NCBI GenBank assembly: GCA_963666345.1
Contig: OY762721.1
Location: 2,432,001-2,496,000, forward strand
DNA from: Desulfatiglandales bacterium
Lineage (GTDB): Bacteria > Desulfobacterota > DSM-4660 > Desulfatiglandales > Desulfatiglandaceae
Reading direction: 5' to 3'
Length of the DNA stretch: 64,000 nucleotides
Part shown: piece after piece, positions 9,961 to 19,200 of the stretch
Layout: every line of letters begins with the position of its first letter
How positions within the stretch are numbered: the stretch's first letter is position 1
Program-made: the position numbers and the translations under genes
Notes under the pieces: model-generated
The model's database searches: none
Seen by the model: only the letters and a program-made list of their open reading frames with translations
Told to the model about the DNA's origin: nothing

Positions 9961-10119
9961 TCCGGACAGATAATCGAACTTCCTCCTGCAAGGCAGAATG
10001 TTGTTGTTTCTGTTGAAAAAAAGCAACCGGAAACCAGCCTGCCAACAATTGAAGAGATCGAAGAGGAACAAAAAAACAGTCCTTAATAAGCGCTTAAGCC
10101 GAACGATATTGCCGTTAAA

Positions 10120-10223
10120 GGAGTAACGTTTTGGTAGCTTCCTTAAAAAACCGGTTTAGATGTCACGTTGTGATTGACAATCCACCCGCCATGCCTCTCC
10201 ACAGGATGCGCAACCCGGCGGGT
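10120..10223. repeat. 104-bp dispersed element, copy 2
   Basis: Core TGATTGACAATCCACCCGCCATGCCTCTCCACAGGATGCGCAACCCGGCGGGT, identical to the copy 3 core. Confidence 0.9.
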
Positions 10224-10324
10224 TTCTGGATATGTTGCTCGCAGAAAAATGGGTGGAAGAGGGACGTGATGAAGTCATGCGGATTGAAGAGAGGCTGAAA
10301 AAGTGGAAGGTGGTCAAAAAATAG
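10214..10324 (+). pseudogene. Relic of the 3' end of the XRE/ImmA-like gene
   Basis: Translates PGGFLDMLLAEKWVEEGRDEVMRIEERLKKWKVVKK*, aligning without gaps to NGRLWDLVLTGKEVAEGRDEVLEIEQRLTKWKVVKK* (8658-8768). Confidence 0.85.
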
Positions 10325-10393
10325 TGAACCTCTGAAATTTCAACACTTCTTCCCGCTGGCGCAAGACAAGCCGGTTTTTGAAAGGGAAAAAAC

Positions 10394-10960
10394 ATGAAAG
10401 ACGCTAAAATAATTGTTCCTGTTGAGAGCGTTGAAAGAACTATTCTGATGATACGAGGCCAAAAGGTGATGATCGACGCTGATCTCGCAAAGCTCTATGG
10501 TGTAACCACCAAGCGACTTAATGAGCAAATCAGGCGTAACAGGGATCGCTTTCCAAATGATTTCATGTTCCAGCTTACTGCTCGTGAAAAAAAAGAGGTG
10601 GTCGCAAATTGCGACCACCTTTCTCAGTTAAAGTTTTCCACTGTGTTTCCTTATGCATTTACGGAACACGGGGCAATTATGGCAGCCAGTGTGCTCAATA
10701 CACGGCGTGCAATAGAGGCCAGCCTCTTTGTTGTCCGTGCATTCGTCAAACTCCGTGAGATGCTGTCAACTCATAAAGAATTGGCTCAAAAGCTTGCGGA
10801 CTTGGAGAGACGCCTTGAAGCTCATGATGATCAGTTCAAGGTTGTCTTTGATGCAATACGCGCACTTATGGTTGAAACCGAAAAACCCAAAAGGAAAATT
10901 GGGTTTGAAGCCAAGGAACCAAAAGGCCGCTATGCCAGAGGAACCAAGAAAAAACATTAA
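10394..10960 (+). CDS. ORF6N domain-containing protein (paralog of 6679-7191)
   Basis: ILMIRGQKVMIDADLAKLYGVTT...RNRDRFPNDFMFQL...PYAFTEHGAIMAASVL. Confidence 0.9.
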   Translation: MKDAKIIVPVESVERTILMIRGQKVMIDADLAKLYGVTTKRLNEQIRRNRDRFPNDFMFQLTAREKKEVVANCDHLSQLKFSTVFPYAFTEHGAIMAASVLNTRRAIEASLFVVRAFVKLREMLSTHKELAQKLADLERRLEAHDDQFKVVFDAIRALMVETEKPKRKIGFEAKEPKGRYARGTKKKH

Positions 10961-11111
10961 TGAATCCGTATTTTAAAACTTGTAGAAATTCCTTTTGTCT
11001 TTGACCGTATCTGTCAAAACCGTGAGTTAAGATGTGACCAATGTTGTGATTTTCTCATCAAAAAGTAACTGCCGTTAATAATGTCTTAAGCCGGACCATA
11101 CTCTCATTGAA

Positions 11112-11215
11112 GGAGTAACGTTTTGGCAACCTCGATAAAAAGCCAATTTAGAAGTCACGTTGTGATTGACAATCCACCCGCCATGCCTCTCCACAGGATG
11201 CGCAACCCGGCGGGT
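11112..11215. repeat. 104-bp dispersed element, copy 3
   Basis: Ungapped match to the other copies; similarity to the copy 1 flank extends upstream to about 10960 (vs about 7240). Confidence 0.9.
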
Positions 11216-11316
11216 TTCTGGATATGTTGCTCGCAGGAAAATGGGTGGAAGAGGGACGTGATGAAGTCCTGCGGATTGAAGAGAGTTTTAAAAAGTGGAA
11301 GGTGGTCAAAAAATAA
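11206..11316 (+). pseudogene. Second relic of the 3' end of the XRE/ImmA-like gene
   Basis: PGGFLDMLLAGKWVEEGRDEVLRIEESFKKWKVVKK*; nearly identical to 10214-10324. Confidence 0.85.
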
Positions 11317-11327
11317 ACGCTGAAGCG

Positions 11328-11383
11328 TAATATTGTATTGCATTACGATTAATAATAAGATAAGTAGTAATGTAATACTATTA
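11328..11383. promoter_or_regulatory. Imperfect AT-rich inverted repeat upstream of the second ATPase
   Basis: TAATATTGTATTGCATTAC ... GTAATGTAATACTATTA. Confidence 0.5.
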
Positions 11384-11438
11384 AATTGGCCTTACTGTTG
11401 TATAGCGTTCCTGTCAACACGGTTATGGAGATTGCAAA

Positions 11439-12674
11439 ATGTTAGATGATATTTTCAGGCTCAGTAGAAACTTTCTGAAAACTTTCAACAAGCCCTACAC
11501 ACGATATTTTCTTCAAAAATATCCGCTTACAAGCAGGTTTTCCATTATCACCGGCCAGCGAGGCGTCGGCAAAACCACGGCAATGATTCAAAAAACATTA
11601 TCAGCGAATGATGATGATATTTTTGCAAAAAAGGCATTATACGTTCCCGTTGACCATTTCATTGTGGCTGGCAGAAGCCTTTATGAAATTGCTGAAGATT
11701 TTTATAATCTTGGCGGTAAAATGATATGTTTTGATGAGATTCATAAATATGACGGCTGGTCAAGTGAGCTGAAGAGTATTTATGACAGCCTGCGGAACCT
11801 GACTATACTCGCTTCAGGCAGCTCTGCCTTGGAGATTCAGAAGGGCAGCCATGATTTGAGCAGAAGAGCTGTAGTCCATCCAATGACAGGACTCTCTTTC
11901 AGAGAATACATCGATTTGGCCGAAGGCATTAAAACTGAATCACTCGTCCTAAAAAGCATATTAGAAGAGCACGAAAAGCTTTCATACGACATTATTGCGG
12001 CCATAGAAGGCAAAAAGAAAAAAATTTTAGCGCTTTTCAAGGATTATCTTCAGTTCGGATATTTTCCCTATTTTACGGAATTTGACGATATTTCATTATA
12101 TCACATAACGTTGGAACAAAGTATCCGTACGACAATAGAAAGTGATTTTTTATCCATATACCCGACATTAAATGGCAGCAGTATAAAAAAAATTAAAAGA
12201 CTCCTTGCTGTTATTTCAGAATCCGCTCCATTTATACCTGATTTGAAACGCCTCAAAAGAATTGTTGAAATTGGAGATGAACGCACTCTTAAAAATTATC
12301 TCAAGTATCTTGAAGACGGAGGGCTAATTTTATCTCTCACAAAAAGTGGAAGTGGGCTTGGCGTCCTGGAAAAACCGGATAAAATATATCTTAATAACCC
12401 GAATCAGATATATGCAATGAGCAGAGAGGGCAAAGAAAATATAGGAACCATACGCGAAACATTTTTTATAAACATGCTTTCAGTTATGCATAAAGTCTCA
12501 ATGCCCAAAAAGGGAGATTTTTATGTTGATAATAAATATACTTTTGAGATAGGGGGCAAAAATAAAAGCTTTAAGCAGATAAAGGACACTAACAATTCTT
12601 TTCTTGCAATTGACGACGTAGAAGCAGGAATCAGCAACAAAATCCCATTATGGTTGTTTGGCTTTTTGTATTAA
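11439..12674 (+). CDS. AAA-family ATPase (AAA_14-like)
   Basis: Walker A GQRGVGKTT, Walker B FDEIHKY, SGSS motif, DLSRR, GLSFREY, C-terminal FEIGGKNK...KIPLWLFGFLY. Confidence 0.88.
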   Translation: MLDDIFRLSRNFLKTFNKPYTRYFLQKYPLTSRFSIITGQRGVGKTTAMIQKTLSANDDDIFAKKALYVPVDHFIVAGRSLYEIAEDFYNLGGKMICFDEIHKYDGWSSELKSIYDSLRNLTILASGSSALEIQKGSHDLSRRAVVHPMTGLSFREYIDLAEGIKTESLVLKSILEEHEKLSYDIIAAIEGKKKKILALFKDYLQFGYFPYFTEFDDISLYHITLEQSIRTTIESDFLSIYPTLNGSSIKKIKRLLAVISESAPFIPDLKRLKRIVEIGDERTLKNYLKYLEDGGLILSLTKSGSGLGVLEKPDKIYLNNPNQIYAMSREGKENIGTIRETFFINMLSVMHKVSMPKKGDFYVDNKYTFEIGGKNKSFKQIKDTNNSFLAIDDVEAGISNKIPLWLFGFLY

Positions 12675-12729
12675 GACAACGGGAAAAGAAGAGGAAGAGG
12701 GGCGTCGGCCCGACGATCTTAGCACCGGG

Positions 12730-12833
12730 GGAGTTTTGTTTTGGTAGTTGCCATTAAAAACCGGTTTAGAAGTCAAATGGTGATTGACAATCAACCCGCC
12801 ACGCCTCTCCACAGGATGCGCACCTCGGCGGGT
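12730..12833. repeat. 104-bp dispersed element, copy 4 (upstream of cas3)
   Basis: Ungapped match to the other copies; contains the perfect palindrome TGATTG-A-CAATCA and an ACCCGCC/GGCGGGT stem followed by a T run. Confidence 0.9.
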
Positions 12834-12874
12834 TTTTGTTTTTGGATATAGGACACTACCTGACCCACATGGCA

Positions 12875-12883
12875 TGTTATAAT
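12875..12883 (+). promoter_or_regulatory. Extended -10 promoter candidate for the cas operon
   Basis: TG-T-TATAAT ending 78 bp upstream of the cas3 ATG. Confidence 0.55.
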
Positions 12884-12960
12884 AGCCCGGAATCAGATTC
12901 CCGCAATTATTCTCTTCAATTTGGCTGCTGACTGAAAGTCTGATTTTAACAGGATAATAG

Positions 12961-15771
12961 ATGAGCGATTTCTTTCCAGATTATTTCAAATATTGGGGCA
13001 AGGCTGACAAGGATGATCCAACCAAGTATCACCTTTTACCCTATCATTGCTTGGATGTGGCGGCGGTAGGTAAAATCCTATTAGAAAAAAAACCTTTTCT
13101 TTTAAAGCAGCTATCTCGATTAAGCTGCATTGAAGAAACAGTTTTGAAAAATATTTTAGTATTTTTCCTGGCATTGCATGATCTGGGTAAATTTTCTGAA
13201 AGCTTTCAGTATGTCAGGCCTGATTTGTTAAAAAAGCTACAAGGCAAAGTAAAAAGTCATAAACAGACTTACTCACGAAAGGATTTTGGTCATGATTCCA
13301 TTGGATTCTTATTGTGGAAAGAACGCGCCTTTAAGCAAGTTATAGGGCAGATAGTTCAACAATATGGTCAGGTTGGGGACGAAAATGATTGGTGGGATCT
13401 GCTTAAATGGTTCATGGAAGCCTCTAACGGGCATCATGGTTTACCCGTTAAACAGGACAATAGAGTATTGGTTGATTATTTTGATGACCTCGATCAGCGT
13501 GCTGCGTCTGAATTTACTAAAGATATAATCGAGTTGTTCTCTTTGGAAGATGTTTTAAGGATAGATTTAGATCAGAATTATGAACGATTATATAGACAGC
13601 TCTCCGTGGCATCATGGTCGTTCACAGGTTTTTATGTTCTCTGTGACTGGATTGGATCTGACGAAAAAATTTTCAAATCCCAGTCAAAGGAACAACCACT
13701 AAAGCAGTACTGGAAAAAAACTGCATTAAAAAGGGCTCAAGAGGCAATAGGTAAAGCAGGTATTTTGCCATGCAAAGCAAACTATGAACTTGATCCATTA
13801 GCAGAGTTGCTTGATTTGCCAGAAAATGCACAACTAACCCCTTTGCAGGCCTTGGTTCACGATATTCAATTGGTTGACAACCCCCAACTCTTCATTATTG
13901 AAGATGAAACCGGGGCGGGAAAAACAGAGGCGAGTTTAATTCTATTGAATCGTTTGATGGCTAAGGGGTTGGCAAATGGTTTCTATTTAGCCTTGCCAAC
14001 CATGGCAACTGCTGATGGTATTTATCCCAGAGTCCAAAAGACCTATGATAGCCTTTACCTTCCACATGAAAAACCTTCTTTAATTTTGTCCCATAGTTCA
14101 GCCAAACTCAGCGATAAGTTCACTGAAACCATTATATGTTCAGCTCGTGCTGTTTCAGAACAGACATATAGCGATGATGCCATGTCGCGTTGTCAGGAAT
14201 GGTTGGTCGATAACCGTAAAAAATCCCTGTTGGCACATGTCGGGGTCGGCACGATTGATCAAGCTTTCTTGGCAGTGCTAAAAGTAAAATATCAATCCTT
14301 ACGTTTAATCGGCTTGGTCGGCAAGGTCTTGGTTATTGATGAAGCTCATGCCTACGACGCATACATGGGAAAAGAACTGGAAGTTCTCCTTCAAGTTCAT
14401 GCCGCCTTAGGTGGAAGCGCCATTGTTATGTCGGCGACACTTCCATTTTTGATACGACAGAAACTAACTGATGCTTTCCTTAAGGGGATAGGTTCAGAAG
14501 CTCTTGAATTAGATAAAAAAGATTTATATCCACTTTTGACTCATATTGCAGATGGTTACAAGAAAGAGTTGGCTTTTGCCTGTAAACAGGGAAATAACAA
14601 AAAAGATGTTCGGATAAAATTCATACATTCTGATCAAGAGGTTGACCAGCTTATCATGCAGAATCTCGAGATGGGCCTGTGTGTTTGCTGGATAAGAAAT
14701 TCAGTCAAAGATGCGAGACAAACTTTTAAACGACTTAAGAGTAATGGTTTGAAGGTAGAGCTTTTCCATGCCCGTTTTACTATAGCTGATCGTTTGGATG
14801 TTCAGGGCCGAATATTAAATACTTTCGGCAAAAAGGGTGGTTTTGAGGAAAGAAAAGGCAGGCTGGTAATCGCCACCCAGGTAGTTGAACAGTCCCTTGA
14901 CCTTGATTTTGATGTTATGATTACCGATTTAGCGCCTATTGATTTGATGTTGCAACGGGCGGGGCGAATGCACCGCCATATTCGGGACAAAATAGGCAAT
15001 TTCAAAACAGATGGTGATGATGAACGAGGCGCGGCAACTCTATATATTCATACGCCTGAATATACCGACAGTCCTCAGTCTGAATGGTTTTCAGCCTTTT
15101 TCCCAAATGCAAAAAAGGTCTATGAAAATCATGCCAGGCTATGGTTGGGTTTAAAACAGCTAAGCCAACTCCCAAAACCAAAACCTACGTTGCCGGAAAA
15201 TATTAGAGATTTGATCGAAAACGTGTATGGCAAGGACTCTGAAATTCCTAAAGAGCTTGAAAAATTTGATATAAACGCATACGGCAATCAAAGTAGCCAG
15301 CGCACCATAGGTGAATTTAACACGATTGATTATGAAATTGGCTATACAATGGATGGGCAAAACTGGGAAGAAGATTTGAAAATGCCAACCCGATTGGGAG
15401 AGGAAACACTTATCCTAATCTTGGCAAAATGGAAAAACGGGGAATTGGTACCGTTTACTCCAGGGGAAAAACAAAGATGGCAAAAAAACGAGATAAGAGT
15501 TCTAAAGAAAAATATAGCTGAAATACCTTTATTTAACGAACACCAAGATGAAGTTGACATGATTAAACAGCGTATGCCGAGTAAGGGTAAATGGATTAAC
15601 TTGCTTCCAATGGTATGGGATGCCGAAAAAGCATTTTGGGCGGCAGAGGTCATTGATGCCAAAGGTCATGCCGACAAAGTTTATTATAGTTCGGAACAAG
15701 GCTTGATTTATGGCTATGAGTTCGAGGCTGTAAGAAATGATGATCAATTAGAAAAGGATGAATTGATATGA
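12961..15771 (+). CDS. cas3: CRISPR-associated helicase/nuclease Cas3
   Basis: YWGKA, YHCLDVA and LHDLGK (HD domain); TGAGKTEA, IDEAHAYD, MSATLP, ATQVVEQSLDLD, QRAGRMHRH (helicase motifs). Confidence 0.97.
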   Translation: MSDFFPDYFKYWGKADKDDPTKYHLLPYHCLDVAAVGKILLEKKPFLLKQLSRLSCIEETVLKNILVFFLALHDLGKFSESFQYVRPDLLKKLQGKVKSHKQTYSRKDFGHDSIGFLLWKERAFKQVIGQIVQQYGQVGDENDWWDLLKWFMEASNGHHGLPVKQDNRVLVDYFDDLDQRAASEFTKDIIELFSLEDVLRIDLDQNYERLYRQLSVASWSFTGFYVLCDWIGSDEKIFKSQSKEQPLKQYWKKTALKRAQEAIGKAGILPCKANYELDPLAELLDLPENAQLTPLQALVHDIQLVDNPQLFIIEDETGAGKTEASLILLNRLMAKGLANGFYLALPTMATADGIYPRVQKTYDSLYLPHEKPSLILSHSSAKLSDKFTETIICSARAVSEQTYSDDAMSRCQEWLVDNRKKSLLAHVGVGTIDQAFLAVLKVKYQSLRLIGLVGKVLVIDEAHAYDAYMGKELEVLLQVHAALGGSAIVMSATLPFLIRQKLTDAFLKGIGSEALELDKKDLYPLLTHIADGYKKELAFACKQGNNKKDVRIKFIHSDQEVDQLIMQNLEMGLCVCWIRNSVKDARQTFKRLKSNGLKVELFHARFTIADRLDVQGRILNTFGKKGGFEERKGRLVIATQVVEQSLDLDFDVMITDLAPIDLMLQRAGRMHRHIRDKIGNFKTDGDDERGAATLYIHTPEYTDSPQSEWFSAFFPNAKKVYENHARLWLGLKQLSQLPKPKPTLPENIRDLIENVYGKDSEIPKELEKFDINAYGNQSSQRTIGEFNTIDYEIGYTMDGQNWEEDLKMPTRLGEETLILILAKWKNGELVPFTPGEKQRWQKNEIRVLKKNIAEIPLFNEHQDEVDMIKQRMPSKGKWINLLPMVWDAEKAFWAAEVIDAKGHADKVYYSSEQGLIYGYEFEAVRNDDQLEKDELI

Positions 15772-17543
15772 AACAATTTAATTTGTTGTTCGATCCGTGG
15801 ATACCTGTAAGAACCCGACATGGTGAGAATAAGCCGATTAAAGCATATGAAGTTGTGCAGAACGATATTGTCGCTCTTGATGCGCCGAGGGCCGATTTTA
15901 ATGCGGCTTTGATGCAGTTTTTAATCGGTCTATTGCAAACGGTTTCTGCACCGGAAAATCCCAGAGCCTGGCGCAAGCTATTTAGTCAGCCGCCTTCTGA
16001 AGATGAATTAAAGACAAAATTTAAAGGAATTGAGAAGGCTTTCTATCTGGATGGTGATGGTTATCGGTTTATGCAGGATGCATTAGCAATAAACACCGGT
16101 GAGATACGCCCTATTGAAGAAATGATATTCGGTGCTCCTGGTGAAAGCGGTAAAGGCAAGAATCAAGATTTCTTTGTAAAGCAAAACAATATAGATGGGC
16201 TTTGTTTTTCTTGCGCTGCAGCGGCATTGTTGACTGCTAATGTTTTTGCAGAAGATGGAGGACGGGGTTATTTTCAATCCATGAGGGGCAATGGTTTTGT
16301 TTCATGTCTTGTCCAATTAGACGAACAGCAATCAGATAAATCTCTATGGAAAAATCTCTGGCTGAACATTGTAGAAGATAATATTGAATCTATCATAGAA
16401 CCAGAAAGGAACTTTTATTGGATTAAAGATTTACCAGACAGACCCTATGTGGAGAGATTGGAAAAAACGAAGCTCAGCATAATTGATTTGAAGGCAAAGA
16501 AGAAAGGGAGTAAAAACGGAACATATAAAAATGAGATAGATGAACAAATAAAACAATTAGAAAAAGAATCTGATAGGATAAAAGAAAAGATAGATGGTTT
16601 AGGTAACAACAAAATCGTTTACCCTGAAAGCGGTACCCTTCAAGCCCACTGGGCATGGATGCGACGATTTTTTTTAAATACGAAAAATACCATTAACGGA
16701 GAATGCAGTATGTGCCGTAGCATGGACGAATTGATAACTGATTTTTATAAAACTGGAAAAGGATACAAATACCCTAAAGAAGAGTGGCAAAATAAACATC
16801 CTTTTTCACCAAGCAAAAAATACCAAAGAGACCATTACAACAAAAATAATTTAAAATATAAGGACAAAATGCTTGTCATAGAAATGACTCAAAACGGTTT
16901 GCCTTACACTCATTGGCAAGATTTTGTGATACAAACTGAAAAGCAAACTCCCGCGAAAGTGATCAACAGACATTTAAGAGAAAGGCATCCGGATGAGCAG
17001 CTTATTATTTGGTCATTTGGTTATGCAATGGATAGTAATTCCCCTAAAGGGTGGTACGAGTCAAAAACTCCCTTTTATTTGCTGAAAGATAAAGAGCAGC
17101 GGGAAATTTTTGAAGTTGAGATTGATAGATATATTCAAGGCGCTAATAAAATTGCCGACAACCGGACCGGTTATTTGCTCTATGCAATTAAAAATGCCTG
17201 GTTTGATGAAAGTAAAGACAAAAATAAAGTTCAAAAAAATTATTTCAACAATAACAAAGCCTCCGAAATCGCAAAATGCTTCTGGAACAATACCGAAAGT
17301 AAATTTTATGAACAGATGAAAGCGCTTTATGCCATTGCCAATCAGCTTACCGATGATAAAAAAGTTGAGTTGCGGCAAGACTGGTATGAGTATATTAAGA
17401 ATGAAGCTAATAAACTGTTTGATCGGTGGGCATTTAGAGCTGGTATTCAGATGAACCCAAGACGCATTGCCAAAGCGCATAATCAGTTAACAACAAATCT
17501 AAACAGTAAATCACTGAAACAGAATATATTGGGTTTGCCATAG
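15768..17543 (+). CDS. cas8e: Type I-E Cascade large subunit Cas8e (CasA/Cse1)
   Basis: FNLLFDPWIPV start, RADFNAALMQFLIGLLQT, RFMQD, LCFSCAAAAL, LWKNLWLN; follows cas3. Confidence 0.92.
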   Translation: MKQFNLLFDPWIPVRTRHGENKPIKAYEVVQNDIVALDAPRADFNAALMQFLIGLLQTVSAPENPRAWRKLFSQPPSEDELKTKFKGIEKAFYLDGDGYRFMQDALAINTGEIRPIEEMIFGAPGESGKGKNQDFFVKQNNIDGLCFSCAAAALLTANVFAEDGGRGYFQSMRGNGFVSCLVQLDEQQSDKSLWKNLWLNIVEDNIESIIEPERNFYWIKDLPDRPYVERLEKTKLSIIDLKAKKKGSKNGTYKNEIDEQIKQLEKESDRIKEKIDGLGNNKIVYPESGTLQAHWAWMRRFFLNTKNTINGECSMCRSMDELITDFYKTGKGYKYPKEEWQNKHPFSPSKKYQRDHYNKNNLKYKDKMLVIEMTQNGLPYTHWQDFVIQTEKQTPAKVINRHLRERHPDEQLIIWSFGYAMDSNSPKGWYESKTPFYLLKDKEQREIFEVEIDRYIQGANKIADNRTGYLLYAIKNAWFDESKDKNKVQKNYFNNNKASEIAKCFWNNTESKFYEQMKALYAIANQLTDDKKVELRQDWYEYIKNEANKLFDRWAFRAGIQMNPRRIAKAHNQLTTNLNSKSLKQNILGLP

Positions 17544-17554
17544 GAGGATAAATA

Positions 17555-18121
17555 ATGAGTGAATCAATAGAACCTAAGATTTTTGGAGAAGGTCATCCCG
17601 CCAGCGTTTTTATCTTAGAATGGTGGGAGAGTTTGAAACAGAATAAAGGTGACAGAGCCGAGTTGAGGCGCTGTAAAAATCTTGAAGAGATTCAAAAGGC
17701 TTCGGCCTATCAGCGTTGCTACTGGCAATTAAAAAAACACTTTACCCCGGAACAACAGATTCCGTCCAGAGAACAGATGGCCATTATTATCGGTTTGGCT
17801 GCTCATATTGAGGACAATGATACAAAACATATAGACAAAAATAGTAATAAGGAAGAGAAATACTATTTTGCCTATCAAATGGCCGCACCAAAGGGTAAAG
17901 AAAAAGATGCCCCACCTAAACTTAGCGAATTGCGTTTCCGCCGCTTACTGAAAATCAAAGACCGGGTAAAATTATACCGTTTTCTCATTCAGGTTATTCG
18001 CATGTTGGAAAAAAAAGTCAATCTGCTGGATTTGTTAAGTATTGCCTATTTTTGGGGCGATAAGGCCAAAACGAATCTGGCTTATAAATATTACGAACAA
18101 GCCAATCTGAAAGCTAAATAA
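17555..18121 (+). CDS. cas11: Type I-E Cascade small subunit Cas11 (CasB/Cse2)
   Basis: WWESL..NKGDRAELRRC, LSELRFRRLL, LAYKYY. Confidence 0.92.
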   Translation: MSESIEPKIFGEGHPASVFILEWWESLKQNKGDRAELRRCKNLEEIQKASAYQRCYWQLKKHFTPEQQIPSREQMAIIIGLAAHIEDNDTKHIDKNSNKEEKYYFAYQMAAPKGKEKDAPPKLSELRFRRLLKIKDRVKLYRFLIQVIRMLEKKVNLLDLLSIAYFWGDKAKTNLAYKYYEQANLKAK

Positions 18122-18132
18122 AGGAGGATACT

Positions 18133-19200
18133 ATGAATGACAATCGTTTTATTCAATTGCACTTACTTGTTTCTTACCCGCCATCTAACCCAAATCGAGA
18201 TGAACTTGGTCAACCCAAAACAGCTATTATGGGCGGAACACAGCGTTCCAGGATTTCTTCGCAAAGTTTGAAAAGAGCCTGGCGTACTTCGGAGATATGG
18301 AAAACTGAAGGCTTGGCTATTGGCACAAGAACAAGAGAGCTGTTTTTATCCAAAGATTATGGCTTATACAATAACTTGTTGGAAAAGCATGGCGAAAAAA
18401 AAGCCGAAGAATATGCAAAAGCAATATTGAATGTCTTTGCTAAAACGGCAAAAGTGAAACAGAAACCTGAAGCTCCGGTCGACGAAAAATTTGTTGGCAA
18501 AGAAATCGTCACCGAGCAGCCTATACACTTTTCTGATACTGAAATCAAAAAAATAAAATCACTTGTCGATAATCTCGACAAAGAAGTAAGTAAAGAGGAA
18601 TTGGAAAGCCTACTTGATGAGAGCCCAAGAGACATTGATCTTGCCATGTTCGGTAGAATGATCGCCAAACGCCCGGACAAAAATAGAGAAGCGGCGGTTC
18701 AAGTTGGACATGCCATTTCCATAAACGAAGTTGAAATCGAGGATGACTTTTTTACCGCTGTTGATGATTTAAATAAACATGGTTCAGCCCACATGGGCGA
18801 ACAGGAGTTTGTTTCAGCAATATATTATGTTTATCTCTGCATAGATACAAAATTGCTATTAAATAATCTAAGTAACGATATAGACCTTGCAAAAAAATCT
18901 CTTGAAGCCTTGGTAAATACTGCTGCTGTGGTTGCCCCTACAGGTAAGCAGAACAGCTATGCTCACCGAGCTCAAGCCTTTTATATTTTGGCGGAAAAGG
19001 GTGACGCGCAACCAAGAAATCTGTCCATAGCTTTCCTTAAAGCTATGCCGGCAGATGATCCGGTAAGGGCGATCGAGCAATTGAATGCTATCAAAGACAA
19101 GTTCAACACCGCTTACACGAAACCGAAAAGTGAAAAAGAAATGAATTTGTTTGGCGAGGGGACTCTAAAAGATATTCTTGATTTTGTTGGAGAAATCTAA
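18133..19200 (+). CDS. cas7: Type I-E Cas7 (CasC/Cse4)
   Basis: FIQLHLLVSYPPSNPNRDELGQPKTAIMGG..RSRISSQSLKRAWR, DLAMFGRM, DDFFTAVDDL, PTGKQNSYA. Confidence 0.96.
   Translation: MNDNRFIQLHLLVSYPPSNPNRDELGQPKTAIMGGTQRSRISSQSLKRAWRTSEIWKTEGLAIGTRTRELFLSKDYGLYNNLLEKHGEKKAEEYAKAILNVFAKTAKVKQKPEAPVDEKFVGKEIVTEQPIHFSDTEIKKIKSLVDNLDKEVSKEELESLLDESPRDIDLAMFGRMIAKRPDKNREAAVQVGHAISINEVEIEDDFFTAVDDLNKHGSAHMGEQEFVSAIYYVYLCIDTKLLLNNLSNDIDLAKKSLEALVNTAAVVAPTGKQNSYAHRAQAFYILAEKGDAQPRNLSIAFLKAMPADDPVRAIEQLNAIKDKFNTAYTKPKSEKEMNLFGEGTLKDILDFVGEI

Noticed and set aside
10174..10202. TTGACA in the element as a forward promoter
   Set aside because: No -10 hexamer at 16-18 bp spacing; the sequence there is C-rich.
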